A stretch of 64,000 nucleotides of DNA from Alphaproteobacteria bacterium (GCA_017630405.1 JAGBVH010000015.1:81026-145025); one strand, 5' to 3'; shown: positions 9,309 through 19,096, numbered from the stretch's first letter. The notes: generated by a model not told the origin, from the letters alone. Numbers and translations are program-made.

Positions 9309-10311
9309 ATTCAACAGTTTTGTTTAATTCGTCCAGCAATCCTTGCAGTCTTGTTGTTGATTCTTCATCATTCAAAGCAACTGCGATTGTGTATGCTGAT
9401 TCCAAATCGCTGCGTGCGGCATCAATGTTGCCCAGCTTCAAATTCAATGCTGCGGACTTTTCAAAGTACATCATAGCATTGCTGGATTGTGCTTCACGAC
9501 CTTCCATTGTTGGTGTGCCAGCAATCTGTTCAGAAATCACGCGGATAGCAGAAGAGTAATCTTCAATTGCCTTGTCATATTCGCCCAATGCAACATATGC
9601 CTCTGCGCGTTCAGCGTAAACATCTGCAGATACAGAACCTTCTGGTCTGGCCAAAGAGTTTGTGTAATCAGCAACTGCGCCTTCCCAGTTTTTCAACCAC
9701 AGATTCAACTGGCCGCGTTTTGCGTACAAGTTGCGCATCTGTAATACTGCTGTTGGGTTTGTTGTGTTTGCTGCCAATGCGTTGTTGATATCTGCCAATG
9801 CTGCTGCATAATCTTCTACGCGTGCGTTCAGCAAAGAACGGTCATAGTACGCAACTGCATTTGTAGGATCTTTTACTAACGCTGCGTTAAAGTCAGCCAA
9901 TGCATTACGATAATCACCTGTCTGCATATACGCTTCTCCACGCAGAATATACGCATCAACCGAAGCAGCACCTGTATCGATTGCTGTTGCCAAATCAGTC
10001 AATGCTTCATCGATATTACCAGCAATCAGTTTTGCTTTACCTGTTTCGTAATAGTCATTTGCCTGCATTAAAACCTCTTCGGTAATATCCATATTGCCGG
10101 CATTTGGTTGTACATCATGACTGCGTCCTAAAATATAAAATGTTGCCGCAATAAAGAACAAAATAATGAACCAATAAACATAAATCGACAAAGACCAAGG
10201 TGCAGAGCAAGGTTTTGTTGATTGTGGTTTAATTGTTGCATTGGATGCTACAGGTCGCACCTTTACAGGCTTTTTTGTATTAACTGATTTTTTTGCAGGT
10301 GTTTTTTTCAT
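9307..10311 (-). CDS. membrane-anchored tetratricopeptide repeat protein
   Basis: Basic N-terminus, one TM helix (IYVYWFIILFFIAATFYIL), then about 7 TPR-like units (A..Y..RG.AY...G.Y..A..D.. repeated). Confidence 0.7.
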   Translation of the reverse strand: MKKTPAKKSVNTKKPVKVRPVASNATIKPQSTKPCSAPWSLSIYVYWFIILFFIAATFYILGRSHDVQPNAGNMDITEEVLMQANDYYETGKAKLIAGNIDEALTDLATAIDTGAASVDAYILRGEAYMQTGDYRNALADFNAALVKDPTNAVAYYDRSLLNARVEDYAAALADINNALAANTTNPTAVLQMRNLYAKRGQLNLWLKNWEGAVADYTNSLARPEGSVSADVYAERAEAYVALGEYDKAIEDYSSAIRVISEQIAGTPTMEGREAQSSNAMMYFEKSAALNLKLGNIDAARSDLESAYTIAVALNDEESTTRLQGLLDELNKTVE

Positions 10312-10340
10312 TGCAAATCTCCCTTCCTTTTAATGGAATA

Positions 10341-11039
10341 TTAGAGAGATTTTTTAATCTCGTCAATTGTTTTTTGATTTAATCTTTTAATTTCACCAAC
10401 TTTTATATTTTCAAGTTTGATATCACCATATGAAATACGATGTAATTTTTGTACAGGCATACCGCATTCACGCAACACAATTCTTACTTCGTTCTTTTTT
10501 CCTTCGTATATGGTAATGCGTAAATTGTTGTTATCAATCGCACTTATCTTCATCGGCGCATAGTTTATTCCGTCAACTGTTACACCCCGCTTTGCGCGCA
10601 GTATTCCACTTTGATTTATTTCTTTTACGGTCGCGATATATGTGCGTGGAATTTTTGTTGTGGGTAATGTTAATTTCCGCGCCAGTTTCCCATCGTTTGT
10701 CAGTAATAACAGCCCGGTTGTTTTAAAGTCTAATCGGCCAACATATTTTAAATTTTTGTATTTTTTATCCAGACAGTCATATATTGTTTTTCGTCCCTCG
10801 GGGTCACGCACAGTCGTCATAGTATTTATAGGTTTGAAAAACATATAGAGTTCTGTTTCGACATTCGGTGTGACGGACTTGCCGTCAACAGTCACATTGT
10901 CATCAGCATTTACAAAAGTGACAGGCGAAGATATAACCACGCCATTAACCGCAACGCGCCCTTGGCTAATCATTTCTTCGGCACCGCGTCTGGATGTTGT
11001 GCCACAGTTTGCTAAAAATTTTGCTATTCGTTCGGCCAT
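10341..11039 (-). CDS. rRNA pseudouridine synthase, RsuA/RluB family
   Basis: N-terminal S4 domain (RIAKFLANCGTTSRRGAEEMISQGRVAVNG) and catalytic motif GRLDFKTTGLLLLTNDG. Confidence 0.85.
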   Translation of the reverse strand: MAERIAKFLANCGTTSRRGAEEMISQGRVAVNGVVISSPVTFVNADDNVTVDGKSVTPNVETELYMFFKPINTMTTVRDPEGRKTIYDCLDKKYKNLKYVGRLDFKTTGLLLLTNDGKLARKLTLPTTKIPRTYIATVKEINQSGILRAKRGVTVDGINYAPMKISAIDNNNLRITIYEGKKNEVRIVLRECGMPVQKLHRISYGDIKLENIKVGEIKRLNQKTIDEIKKSL

Positions 11040-11696
11040 TTATTCCATCATTTTTGTTATCGCGACAACGGCGGCTACCTCGGCTCTTAATATAGTTTTT
11101 CCCAAAGATATACCATGTGCGTTTGCTTTATCCAGTTCGGCAAATTCTTCGTCTGAAAATCCACCTTCGGGACCAATAAGTATAGATTTTGTTTGTTTTG
11201 CTTGGTTTTTTATATTTGCGCCATATGCTGCCCTTTCATCGGCGAACCAGATATTTGTTTTATCTAAATCAGCGAACTTAATCGGTGGCAGTATAGTTGG
11301 CACACTATTTCGATTTGATTGTTCTGCAGCCTCGGTCGCGATTTTGTTCATGCGTTCCCAGTTAATATGGTGTGCCACAGTTCGTGCTGTGATAACAGGC
11401 TGAAAAGCTTTGATTCCCATCTGGGTTGCCATATTGATTAAATCATCTGTGCGTTTAATTGGTGCAAACATCAGCGTAATATCGTTCGCGGGATCTGTGT
11501 GTTCTGTCTTGCTTCCGATAATCATGTGCTTGCCGTCATCGGACAGGGTTGCGTTAAATTCCCTGCCCCCGCCAAACGCCAAGAATTGACCTGTACGCAT
11601 TACCTTGGTCAGATAATGTGCCACATCGCGCGCGACCGGCAAAGTTATGTTTTCTGATACATTATTGCCTACAAAAATTCGTGGAATATTTTTCAT
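11040..11696 (-). CDS. rsmE: 16S rRNA (uracil1498-N3)-methyltransferase
   Basis: RsmE-like length and motifs (PRIFV...H..KV.R, C-terminal LIGPEGGFSDEE...LG..ILRAE). Confidence 0.8.
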   Translation of the reverse strand: MKNIPRIFVGNNVSENITLPVARDVAHYLTKVMRTGQFLAFGGGREFNATLSDDGKHMIIGSKTEHTDPANDITLMFAPIKRTDDLINMATQMGIKAFQPVITARTVAHHINWERMNKIATEAAEQSNRNSVPTILPPIKFADLDKTNIWFADERAAYGANIKNQAKQTKSILIGPEGGFSDEEFAELDKANAHGISLGKTILRAEVAAVVAITKMME

Positions 11697-11714
11697 AAAA
11701 CTGTATTTCCTGAT

Positions 11715-11742
11715 TTATCAAATTGTCTTTTTATGGTATAAT
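11715..11742 (+). promoter_or_regulatory. extended -10 promoter candidate for the coupling-protein gene
   Basis: TTATCA (11715-11720), 16-nt spacer, TGgTATAAT (11734-11742). The -10 element ends 9 nt before the ATG at 11752, and no SD is visible. Confidence 0.35.
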
Positions 11743-11751
11743 ATTATCACT

Positions 11752-14013
11752 ATGGCAGTGAAATTCAACTTTTTATCGGCAAGTGGCAAAGGCAAGGGTT
11801 TGGATATTTTCAAATCCAGTTCCTATAAAGACCACGAAAAGAACCCAATGGCCCAGATATTCTGGTCCATTCGTTGGAATATTTTAATCTGGTTAATTGC
11901 GGCATTGATGTTTGCGTGTGCGTTTCCTGTTGAATATATCTGGCGATATGGCTGGACGGACGCCACAAAACAGTGGATTACACTATTTGTTCAAAATATG
12001 CTTTATACGGGCGGTTTATCCGTTGTGGCAGAGATTCCGTCATGGGTCTGGCGTGCATTGGTTCGCCCTGATTTTCCAGCAATAACGCCATTGTTGCCAA
12101 TAATTGGATATTTCTTCTTGGTCGATTCCACATTGACTGACGAATTTAATCCGCATGGCAAGGATAAGTTTGATGAAAAATCCTCGCGCAAGGCGACTGT
12201 CGATGATATTAAAAAGATGGTTACAAGACCTCTTGATAATAAAGAAGGATTATTTGGTGGTTTTATGATGGTTTTGGGTTATGCCAAGAACAAAGGTAAA
12301 TCCATGGCCCTTAAAATGGACGAATGCTTGTCTGCGTTGTTATTGGCGCCTGCTGGTACTGGTAAAACTGTTGGTGTTGTTATTCCGACCGTATTGGACA
12401 ACGATAATGTTTCCATGATTATTAACGACCCCAAGGTTGAATTGGTGCCCAAAACTAGTGCATATCGGGCCAGCGTTGGACCAACATTTATATTTAACTG
12501 GGCTGAAAGGGACGAACCGGAACGCGGTATTTACTATCCTTCGTGGAATCCATTGTCGCCCGAAAATATGCCAAGCGAGGCCGAGGCTAAAACAACATAT
12601 ATTCAGACAATTGTTAATTCATTGGTTGCAGAAAATGTCAAGGATCCACACTGGTCAAATACTGCGCGCGCGGCATTGACTGGATTTATTAACTTTATCG
12701 CTTCCAAGGTAGAGCGTGCCAAGGCGGACGATTATTTCTATGCACGCCTTTCTAATGGTACATTTGATAACGAAGACGCAACGGTTCTGATGGACTATTA
12801 CATGACAATGACATCTGATCCAAACTCGTATGCGGCAATAGGTTTGTTACAAAAGGGTGAATTAAACGCGATGAACTATGTTCATGTTGGTACATGGGAT
12901 GGTTTGTCAAATGAATGGCGCGGGGCCGAGGCTTCTATCCCAATGTTCCTTTCTTGGTATACGGACGGTCAATTACGTGTGGCCCAGGAACTTGAAAATC
13001 GCAAGCGTCAGGGCGATCAGATGGCTGCAATGATGGCTGACCCTATGAAGGACTTTTTAAATGCTGCTTCCGAAGAAGCACAGCGTTATTCATATGGAAA
13101 TGATGCTATATCTTCTTTGATTAACTTGGCAAATACGCCGGATAAGGAACGTGGCTCTATTATATCCACTATGAACGCCGGATTAAACATTTTCCGCCAT
13201 CCTGCGGTTAACATGCATACAAGAACATCCGACTTTCACTTTTCGGATATGCGCGGTATGGTTGATCCAATTGATGGCAAGGTTAAGCCGGTCACAGTAT
13301 ATCTGTCGGTTAATGTTGCGGATGCGTCTGCCTTTGCCCAGATTACCAGTATGTTTATTGAATTGCTGTCCAAGTTCTTGATTGCAAATCCGCCTGAAAA
13401 TATCAGCCGTGGCAAAAAAATGGGGCCATATCCAACCCTGTTCGTGTTGGACGAAATGCCAACAATGAATAAACTGGAAGCGATTATCCAAGGACCTGCG
13501 GTTGGTCGTGGACAAAAGGTGTCGTACCTGATTGTTGGTCAGGATATCAGCCAGATTGCCGAAAAATACGGCGATAAATCCGCCGATACAATTGTTGCGA
13601 ATACCGCGGCCAAGATTATATTGCGTGTAAACGACCCTTCGACGGCGGAACGCTTCTCGCGTATGATGGGTAAAAAGATTAAAATGAAAAAGGTCAAGGG
13701 TCCAGATGGCAAGGAAAAAGAAGAACCAAGCGAAGAAGACCTGTACAGTGTAATGGATTTGATGACATTAAATGTTGAAAAACAATTGGTCTTGTTCCAG
13801 GGGCATTATAATCACCCGATTGAGGCTGATCAAGAGCGTTGGTATGAGAATAAAACCCCAATCGAGAAAGTACAATATCAAAGGGTAATGATGGGCGCAG
13901 CATCACCAATACCTGAATATATGATTCCTGCACATCATCGTGCGCTGGGGTATGCGGGTGTGCCGCGCGTACTTAATCCGAAAACGCAGGAAGTAAAAGT
14001 TCTGGCGGAATAA
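11752..14013 (+). CDS. virD4: type IV secretion coupling protein, VirD4/TraG family
   Basis: N-terminal TM helices. Walker A region LLLAPAGTGKTVGVVIPTVL, DPKVE (DPKGE-like), Walker B LFVLDEMPTMNKL, and VGQDISQIAEKYG. Start placed at MAVKFNF because the track start at 11647 overlaps rsmE. A later start at 11848 (MAQIFW) is also possible. Confidence 0.85.
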   Translation: MAVKFNFLSASGKGKGLDIFKSSSYKDHEKNPMAQIFWSIRWNILIWLIAALMFACAFPVEYIWRYGWTDATKQWITLFVQNMLYTGGLSVVAEIPSWVWRALVRPDFPAITPLLPIIGYFFLVDSTLTDEFNPHGKDKFDEKSSRKATVDDIKKMVTRPLDNKEGLFGGFMMVLGYAKNKGKSMALKMDECLSALLLAPAGTGKTVGVVIPTVLDNDNVSMIINDPKVELVPKTSAYRASVGPTFIFNWAERDEPERGIYYPSWNPLSPENMPSEAEAKTTYIQTIVNSLVAENVKDPHWSNTARAALTGFINFIASKVERAKADDYFYARLSNGTFDNEDATVLMDYYMTMTSDPNSYAAIGLLQKGELNAMNYVHVGTWDGLSNEWRGAEASIPMFLSWYTDGQLRVAQELENRKRQGDQMAAMMADPMKDFLNAASEEAQRYSYGNDAISSLINLANTPDKERGSIISTMNAGLNIFRHPAVNMHTRTSDFHFSDMRGMVDPIDGKVKPVTVYLSVNVADASAFAQITSMFIELLSKFLIANPPENISRGKKMGPYPTLFVLDEMPTMNKLEAIIQGPAVGRGQKVSYLIVGQDISQIAEKYGDKSADTIVANTAAKIILRVNDPSTAERFSRMMGKKIKMKKVKGPDGKEKEEPSEEDLYSVMDLMTLNVEKQLVLFQGHYNHPIEADQERWYENKTPIEKVQYQRVMMGAASPIPEYMIPAHHRALGYAGVPRVLNPKTQEVKVLAE

Positions 14014-14025
14014 AAAGTGATAAAA

Positions 14026-14049
14026 ACACCGGCAAATACCGGTGTTTTT
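14026..14049 (+). terminator. intrinsic terminator after virD4
   Basis: Hairpin CACCGG-CAAATA-CCGGTG followed by T6. Confidence 0.75.
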
Positions 14050-14080
14050 TATTATGAATAGTCACTAATAAAATTGTTAA

Positions 14081-14107
14081 TAAAAAGCCGGCATTTGCCG
14101 GCTTTTT
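14081..14107. terminator. intrinsic terminator after parB (bidirectional shape)
   Basis: Hairpin GCCGGC-ATTT-GCCGGC flanked by A5 and T6. Confidence 0.7.
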
Positions 14108-14117
14108 TGATATGTTT

Positions 14118-14996
14118 TTATTTGGTTAAACTGTCAACCAATTCATACATTTGTGTGCGCGTGGCAAACGATAGTGTTATTTGCCCTGCCCCGCCCCGCT
14201 TTTCGGTTAATTTGACTGGTACACACAATGCGGCCTTGATGCGAGATTCGATCTCGCGTACCGTTGCTGCATCGATAGTTTTTTGTTCGTGTTTGCGAGT
14301 GTTTTTTGCGCGTGGTGCGCTTTTTACCAGTTTGTCAGCTTCGGTCACAGACAGATTTTCTTTAACGATTTTGCGTGCCAATTCATCTGGATTTTCAGCC
14401 ACAGCAATTGTTCGCGCATGTGATGCGGACAGTTTACCCTGCTCTACCATTTCTTGTACAGTCAGCGGCAGTGTGGTTAGTCGCATAATGTTGCGAATAT
14501 AACTTTCGGATTTACCAATCAGTCGAACAACATCCGCTAATTCATATCCGCATTGATTCATCAGATTTTTATATGCGTTTGCTTCTTCGATTGGACTAAG
14601 GTTTTCACGCTGAACATTTTCAATCAGCGCAATTTCCATTGCGTTTTCGTTAGATAGTGTTTTTACCAATGCTGGTATTTCGTTAAGTCCAGCCAACTTG
14701 GATGCACGAAAACGACGCTCGCCTGCGACAATTTCGTACATATATGGCTGGCCTGTCACAGTGCGCAGTAAAATCGGCTGTAATACGCCCTTCTCTTTTA
14801 TAGATGCCGCCAAATCCGCCAATTCTTCATCTGCAAAGATTTTGCGTGGCTGATCTGGATTTGCACCAATTTGTACCAGTGGTATTTGCTTTACAATAAC
14901 GCGTTCGCTTGGTGTCAGCAGTGATATATCGGGAATGGTGCCTTTTGCTTGTTGCAGGTCGGCCAACCCGCGCCCTAGTCCAAATTTATTCGCCAT
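14118..14996 (-). CDS. parB: chromosome partitioning protein ParB
   Basis: ParB box IVAGERRFRASKLAGL, an HTH region, and N-terminal GLGRGL. The gene overlaps parA. Confidence 0.92.
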   Translation of the reverse strand: MANKFGLGRGLADLQQAKGTIPDISLLTPSERVIVKQIPLVQIGANPDQPRKIFADEELADLAASIKEKGVLQPILLRTVTGQPYMYEIVAGERRFRASKLAGLNEIPALVKTLSNENAMEIALIENVQRENLSPIEEANAYKNLMNQCGYELADVVRLIGKSESYIRNIMRLTTLPLTVQEMVEQGKLSASHARTIAVAENPDELARKIVKENLSVTEADKLVKSAPRAKNTRKHEQKTIDAATVREIESRIKAALCVPVKLTEKRGGAGQITLSFATRTQMYELVDSLTK

Positions 14997-15768
14997 ATGT
15001 CTCCCCTGTGGTTCTTTCTACAACTTCTGTTGCTACACGCAAATATGCCTGTGCGCCTGTTGAATTAAAGTCGTAAAATAATGCTGGTTTACCGTGACTT
15101 GGTGCCTCGGACACGCGGACATTACGCGGAACAACTGTTTTGAATACCAAATCACCAAATGTGTCGCGCACATCATTATCAACCGCGCGTGTTAATCCAT
15201 ATCGTTTGTCATACATAGTTAACAGCACGCCCAAAATATTCAGTTCAGGGTTCCATTTTTCTTTAACTATATTAATAGTGTCTGTTAACTGTTGTACACC
15301 TTCCAGTGCGAAGAATTCACACTGTAATGGCACGATAACAGAATCTGCGGCGGTTAACGCGTTAATTGTCAAATATCCCAGTGCTGGCGGACAGTCCAAC
15401 AATATATAATCATAATGTTGAAGTATTGGTTTAAGTGCATCGCGTAAACGAAACTCTTTGTTATCCATATCCAGTAAATCGATATCAGCGCCGGCCAGTG
15501 CTTGTGAAGATGGTAATATATGCATGCCCTGAACGGCGGTGGTCAGTATGTTGTCCGCGATGTTTGCGGTACCCATAATCACGCCATAAATGCTCTGGTG
15601 ATGTGATGCGCGAACAAATCCTAATCCTGTGCCAGCGTTGCCCTGTGGGTCCAAATCTATTAACAAAACGCGCTTTTTAATGGCGGCCAAAGACGCGCCA
15701 ATGTTGATGGCGGTTGTTGTTTTTCCTACCCCGCCCTTTTGATTAGCAAATGCTATTATTTTTGTCAT
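14986..15768 (-). CDS. parA: chromosome partitioning ATPase ParA
   Basis: Deviant Walker A NQKGGVGKTTTAINIGASLA, then LLIDLDPQGNA. Confidence 0.93.
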   Translation of the reverse strand: MTKIIAFANQKGGVGKTTTAINIGASLAAIKKRVLLIDLDPQGNAGTGLGFVRASHHQSIYGVIMGTANIADNILTTAVQGMHILPSSQALAGADIDLLDMDNKEFRLRDALKPILQHYDYILLDCPPALGYLTINALTAADSVIVPLQCEFFALEGVQQLTDTINIVKEKWNPELNILGVLLTMYDKRYGLTRAVDNDVRDTFGDLVFKTVVPRNVRVSEAPSHGKPALFYDFNSTGAQAYLRVATEVVERTTGETYGE

Positions 15769-15879
15769 TTTTCCTTTCCGATTTAATTTTTTTCAATTAT
15801 ACCTTATAAAATCCTGACGATTCGGTCAAGGTATTATATTTTGTTTTGTTGAATATAACTAAAAACAAAGCGTTATTCC

Positions 15880-15897
15880 TTATTTCATATGAAATAA
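15880..15897. promoter_or_regulatory. parS-like palindrome 1 (TTATTTCAT|ATGAAATAA)
   Basis: Perfect 18-bp palindrome. The central 16 nt match canonical parS TGTTTCACGTGAAACA at 11/16, with the TTTCA..TGAAA core retained. It lies in the parA-rsmG intergenic region. Confidence 0.4.
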
Positions 15898-15986
15898 AAA
15901 TATTGTTTTTGAATAAAAAATACCGGTGTTTGCCGGCTGTTTTGAATAAAAATGTTAAAAAAATAGTGTTTTCAATAAGTTGTAGT

Positions 15987-16004
15987 TAATTTCATGTGAA
16001 ATTA
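15987..16004. promoter_or_regulatory. parS-like palindrome 2 (TAATTTCATGTGAAATTA)
   Basis: Near-perfect 18-bp palindrome. AATTTCATGTGAAATT matches canonical parS at 11/16. It overlaps the rsmG stop codon. Confidence 0.4.
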
Positions 16005-16562
16005 CCGGTGTTTTTGTATGGAAATGATAAATCCGTCACCTGTTTTGGATGGTGTTAATTCATAGTCGAATTTATATTTCTTTTTTGCGGTGGCAACTTC
16101 TGCTTCTATTTCCCGGCCTTTTAGCAGAAAAAGCCGGTAATTTGTTGGTGCGGTGTAATCCAGTATCTTAATCAGTGGTGCAAAAGCACGTGCGGTAAAT
16201 ACAAAATCATTCGATTTTGCCGGTAAATGCCGGACATAATCTTCGACCCTGCCATGAAAAATAGTCAGGTTTGGCAGGTTTAGTTCTTGTTTTAATGTCG
16301 ACAAAAACGATGCTTTTTTGCCGATTGATTCAATACAGGTGACATTCCATCCTAAAATTGCCAGTACGACCCCCGGAAACCCTGCCCCGCTGCCAAGATC
16401 GATTATTGATACATCTTTGGGTAAAATGTCGGCCAATTGTGCCGAGTCTGCAAAATGTCGATTTTCTATATCGTTAAGTGTGCTGGGCGCGACCAGATTC
16501 ATACGCGTTGACCAATCGCGCAACATATCAGCATACTGTTCAAATTTGACTTTATTGTTCAT
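16002..16562 (-). CDS. rsmG: 16S rRNA (guanine527-N7)-methyltransferase
   Basis: SAM-binding motif IDLGSGAGFPGVVLAI. GidB-like length and position next to parAB. Confidence 0.9.
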   Translation of the reverse strand: MNNKVKFEQYADMLRDWSTRMNLVAPSTLNDIENRHFADSAQLADILPKDVSIIDLGSGAGFPGVVLAILGWNVTCIESIGKKASFLSTLKQELNLPNLTIFHGRVEDYVRHLPAKSNDFVFTARAFAPLIKILDYTAPTNYRLFLLKGREIEAEVATAKKKYKFDYELTPSKTGDGFIISIQKHR

Positions 16563-16583
16563 AAGCGGTATTCTAGCATAGTT

Positions 16584-18200
16584 ATGAAAAAAATCGACAA
16601 TTTATTTTTGATTGGTGGCGTTGTGGTAATTGCGGGATTGTCTGGGCTGTTATGGCCGGGTGTTCGTAATGCTAATATGGTTATACCGCAGGCCGAGTTT
16701 GAAACAACTAAATATGGTGCTTTTTTGGCGGCCCAGCACGCGGTATTTATCAATGATTTTGATACTGCATCTAAATATACTGCGCAACTAGAAGATGTTG
16801 ATTATGCGGTTGTACAAAATACTAAATTAATCGCAGATTTTTTAAGTGGTCGTATGCCGTCTGATGCGGGTATTTTAAAGAACGAAAAAAAGATGCCTGA
16901 GCATTTAATCTATGACGCGTATCTGATTAAGCAAAATAATTGGAAGGAATTACATAATCGTCATAAAAACGACAGTTCGGCACTTGGTGCGCCTTTGCGC
17001 ATATGGCCAGCGATTGCTAATGATTGGCAAACGAACACTTTAAAATTTATTGATGGTCTGTCTACCAATGATTCATGGAAGGCTTTTGTTCGTGGTCAGG
17101 TTTATGCCGAACTGGGAAAAATCGACAAGGCTGCTGAAGAATTTGCCAAGGTCACACCAGATTTTATGAATATAAATGATTATCTGTATATCATGTCGTT
17201 TTATCAGCACAATGGTATGACACAGGATATGGATATTTTGCGTGCTGATTTTACTGCGCGTCCTGGCGGAATGTTTATGTTGGATTATCCAGAAATTCCA
17301 GATTGGTCTGAATACAGTGGCTATACAAATGCTTTGGCGTTTAGTATTGTACAGAACATATCGCACACCCAGATTATGATGTATTCAGATTTGGCAGTAT
17401 TGCTATTGCGTTTTGTAGAAATTATTGCGCCAGATTTTGCGAAAAACACTCAATCAGTTAACTATTATCTGGGCCAGTATTTTTATACTAACACAGGTGA
17501 TTACAAGTCGCATTTTGACAAGATTGATGTGACCAGCCCGTATCATCCGTTTGCCACAATGCGCATGGCGGAAGGGGCAGGGGATGTGCGTGCTTTGGAA
17601 AAGACAGTTCGTGAACATCCTTTGTTTGTGCCAGCGGTTAACAAACTGATTGGTTATTATATCAAGGTTGGTGACAAGCGTGCAGCGTTGCGTGTTGTGG
17701 GACGTGCGCTTGACAACGAAAATATTGATGGTATGGGTCGTGCGTTTTTTATCAAGAGCAGGGCGCAAATTCACTTTGTTTTTGGTGATATAGATGCTGC
17801 GCAAAGTGATATTCATGTGGCTTCAAGCGTACTTGGTATGGATGCCGAGATTTTATCGCTTCAGGCGAAAATCTGGGCGGAACAAGACCGCGAAATTGAA
17901 AATGCATATAACTATGCGATGTCATTGGTAAAACAAAATCCTGCGGATGTTTTGGCGTGGGATACGGTTGGAATGGTTGTTTGGAAACGCGAAGGTATTG
18001 ATGCTGCGCTAGAAATATTTGAACGCGTTGGCAGCGCATCCAGAAACTGTTCGTCTTTGTTTATGCACTTGGGGGACATATACGCGGCAAAGGGCGATAA
18101 AGAACATGCTCGTGATGCGTATATGCGTGCGATTGATTTGTCTGATGATGGATTGACAGTTGTCCCCGAAATTGAAAGAAAAATAAGGAAACTAAAATGA
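16584..18200 (+). CDS. membrane-anchored TPR-like repeat protein
   Basis: N-terminal TM helix (LFLIGGVVVIAGLSGLLW). C-terminal TPR-like units (LGDIYAAKGDKEHARDAYMRAIDL). No specific family recognised. Confidence 0.5.
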   Translation: MKKIDNLFLIGGVVVIAGLSGLLWPGVRNANMVIPQAEFETTKYGAFLAAQHAVFINDFDTASKYTAQLEDVDYAVVQNTKLIADFLSGRMPSDAGILKNEKKMPEHLIYDAYLIKQNNWKELHNRHKNDSSALGAPLRIWPAIANDWQTNTLKFIDGLSTNDSWKAFVRGQVYAELGKIDKAAEEFAKVTPDFMNINDYLYIMSFYQHNGMTQDMDILRADFTARPGGMFMLDYPEIPDWSEYSGYTNALAFSIVQNISHTQIMMYSDLAVLLLRFVEIIAPDFAKNTQSVNYYLGQYFYTNTGDYKSHFDKIDVTSPYHPFATMRMAEGAGDVRALEKTVREHPLFVPAVNKLIGYYIKVGDKRAALRVVGRALDNENIDGMGRAFFIKSRAQIHFVFGDIDAAQSDIHVASSVLGMDAEILSLQAKIWAEQDREIENAYNYAMSLVKQNPADVLAWDTVGMVVWKREGIDAALEIFERVGSASRNCSSLFMHLGDIYAAKGDKEHARDAYMRAIDLSDDGLTVVPEIERKIRKLK

Positions 18201-19060
18201 AAGTAGGTGTTATTGGGGCTGGCGCATGGGGTACAGCGCTGGCAATCGCTGCTGCACGCAGTGAAAATGAAGTTGTTTTGTGGTCTTATGATGGACTTTA
18301 TAAACAGTTTGAAGATGTTGAATTGCCACACACTATTCATGTCACATCTGATATGTCGGAATTAAAAGAAACAGATGCATGGTTGATTGTGACACCAGCG
18401 GCATTTTTTCGTGAAACAATGCGTGGTGCGCGTGTGCATTATAATGGCCAGCCTATTATTATTTGTACTAAAGGTGCAGAAAGTGCAACCGGTCAATTTA
18501 TGTCAGAAATATTGAAAACAGAAATTCCAGAATGTCGTGATTGTGGCGCGTTATCTGGTCCACAGTTCGCTGCCGAGGTTGCGCGTGGCGTTCCAACTGG
18601 TTCGACTTTGTCAGGAACAGTTGCGACATTGGACGCAGGACATTCGGCATTAAGTTCTTTGTATTTGGTTGACAGTGACGATATTATTGGCACCGAAATT
18701 TGTGGCGTTGGTAAAAACGCGGTTGCGTTGATTTGTGGTTATAACATGGTTGCAAGCGCTGGCGAAAATGAACGCGCTTTGTTATTTACACGCGCTTGGA
18801 ACGAAGTGGTGGACCTTGGTCTTGCGATGGGTGCCAAGACTCGCACTTTCTTGGGACTATGCGGTATAGGGGATTTATTCCTGTCGGCAACCAGTGAAAC
18901 CAGCCGTAATTTTGCAGGCGGTATGGCGATTGCGCGTGGGGAACCACCAGCCGGCACAGTCGAGGGTATATTTGCCCTGAACGGTCTGATAAATCGTGCG
19001 CGTGATTTGGGTATTGAAACACCTGTATTGGTTGAAATGAAAAGCAAATTAAAAATATAA
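18197..19060 (+). CDS. gpsA: NAD(P)H-dependent glycerol-3-phosphate dehydrogenase
   Basis: MKVGVIGAGAWGTALA Rossmann motif, then ...KG.E....F.SE, then GKNAVALICG. Somewhat short at 287 aa. The start overlaps the upstream gene by 4 nt. Confidence 0.8.
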   Translation: MKVGVIGAGAWGTALAIAAARSENEVVLWSYDGLYKQFEDVELPHTIHVTSDMSELKETDAWLIVTPAAFFRETMRGARVHYNGQPIIICTKGAESATGQFMSEILKTEIPECRDCGALSGPQFAAEVARGVPTGSTLSGTVATLDAGHSALSSLYLVDSDDIIGTEICGVGKNAVALICGYNMVASAGENERALLFTRAWNEVVDLGLAMGAKTRTFLGLCGIGDLFLSATSETSRNFAGGMAIARGEPPAGTVEGIFALNGLINRARDLGIETPVLVEMKSKLKI

Positions 19061-19061
19061 C

Positions 19062-19088
19062 AAAAAAGCCGGTAAATACCGGCTTTTA
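19062..19088 (+). terminator. intrinsic terminator after gpsA
   Basis: Hairpin AGCCGGT-AAAT-ACCGGCT followed by a T-run. Confidence 0.7.
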
Positions 19089-19096
19089 TATCAAAA

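Noticed and set aside
11647-11751. N-terminal extension of the VirD4 ORF
   Set aside because: It overlaps the rsmE start region by 50 nt and runs across the promoter-like TGgTATAAT. The ATG at 11752 (or 11848) is more plausible.
15769-16001. Checked the repeat-containing AT-rich parA-rsmG intergenic region for a CRISPR array or oriC-type DnaA boxes
   Set aside because: It contains only two palindromes and one 13-nt direct repeat. There is no regular repeat-spacer structure, and I found no TTATCCACA-like DnaA boxes.
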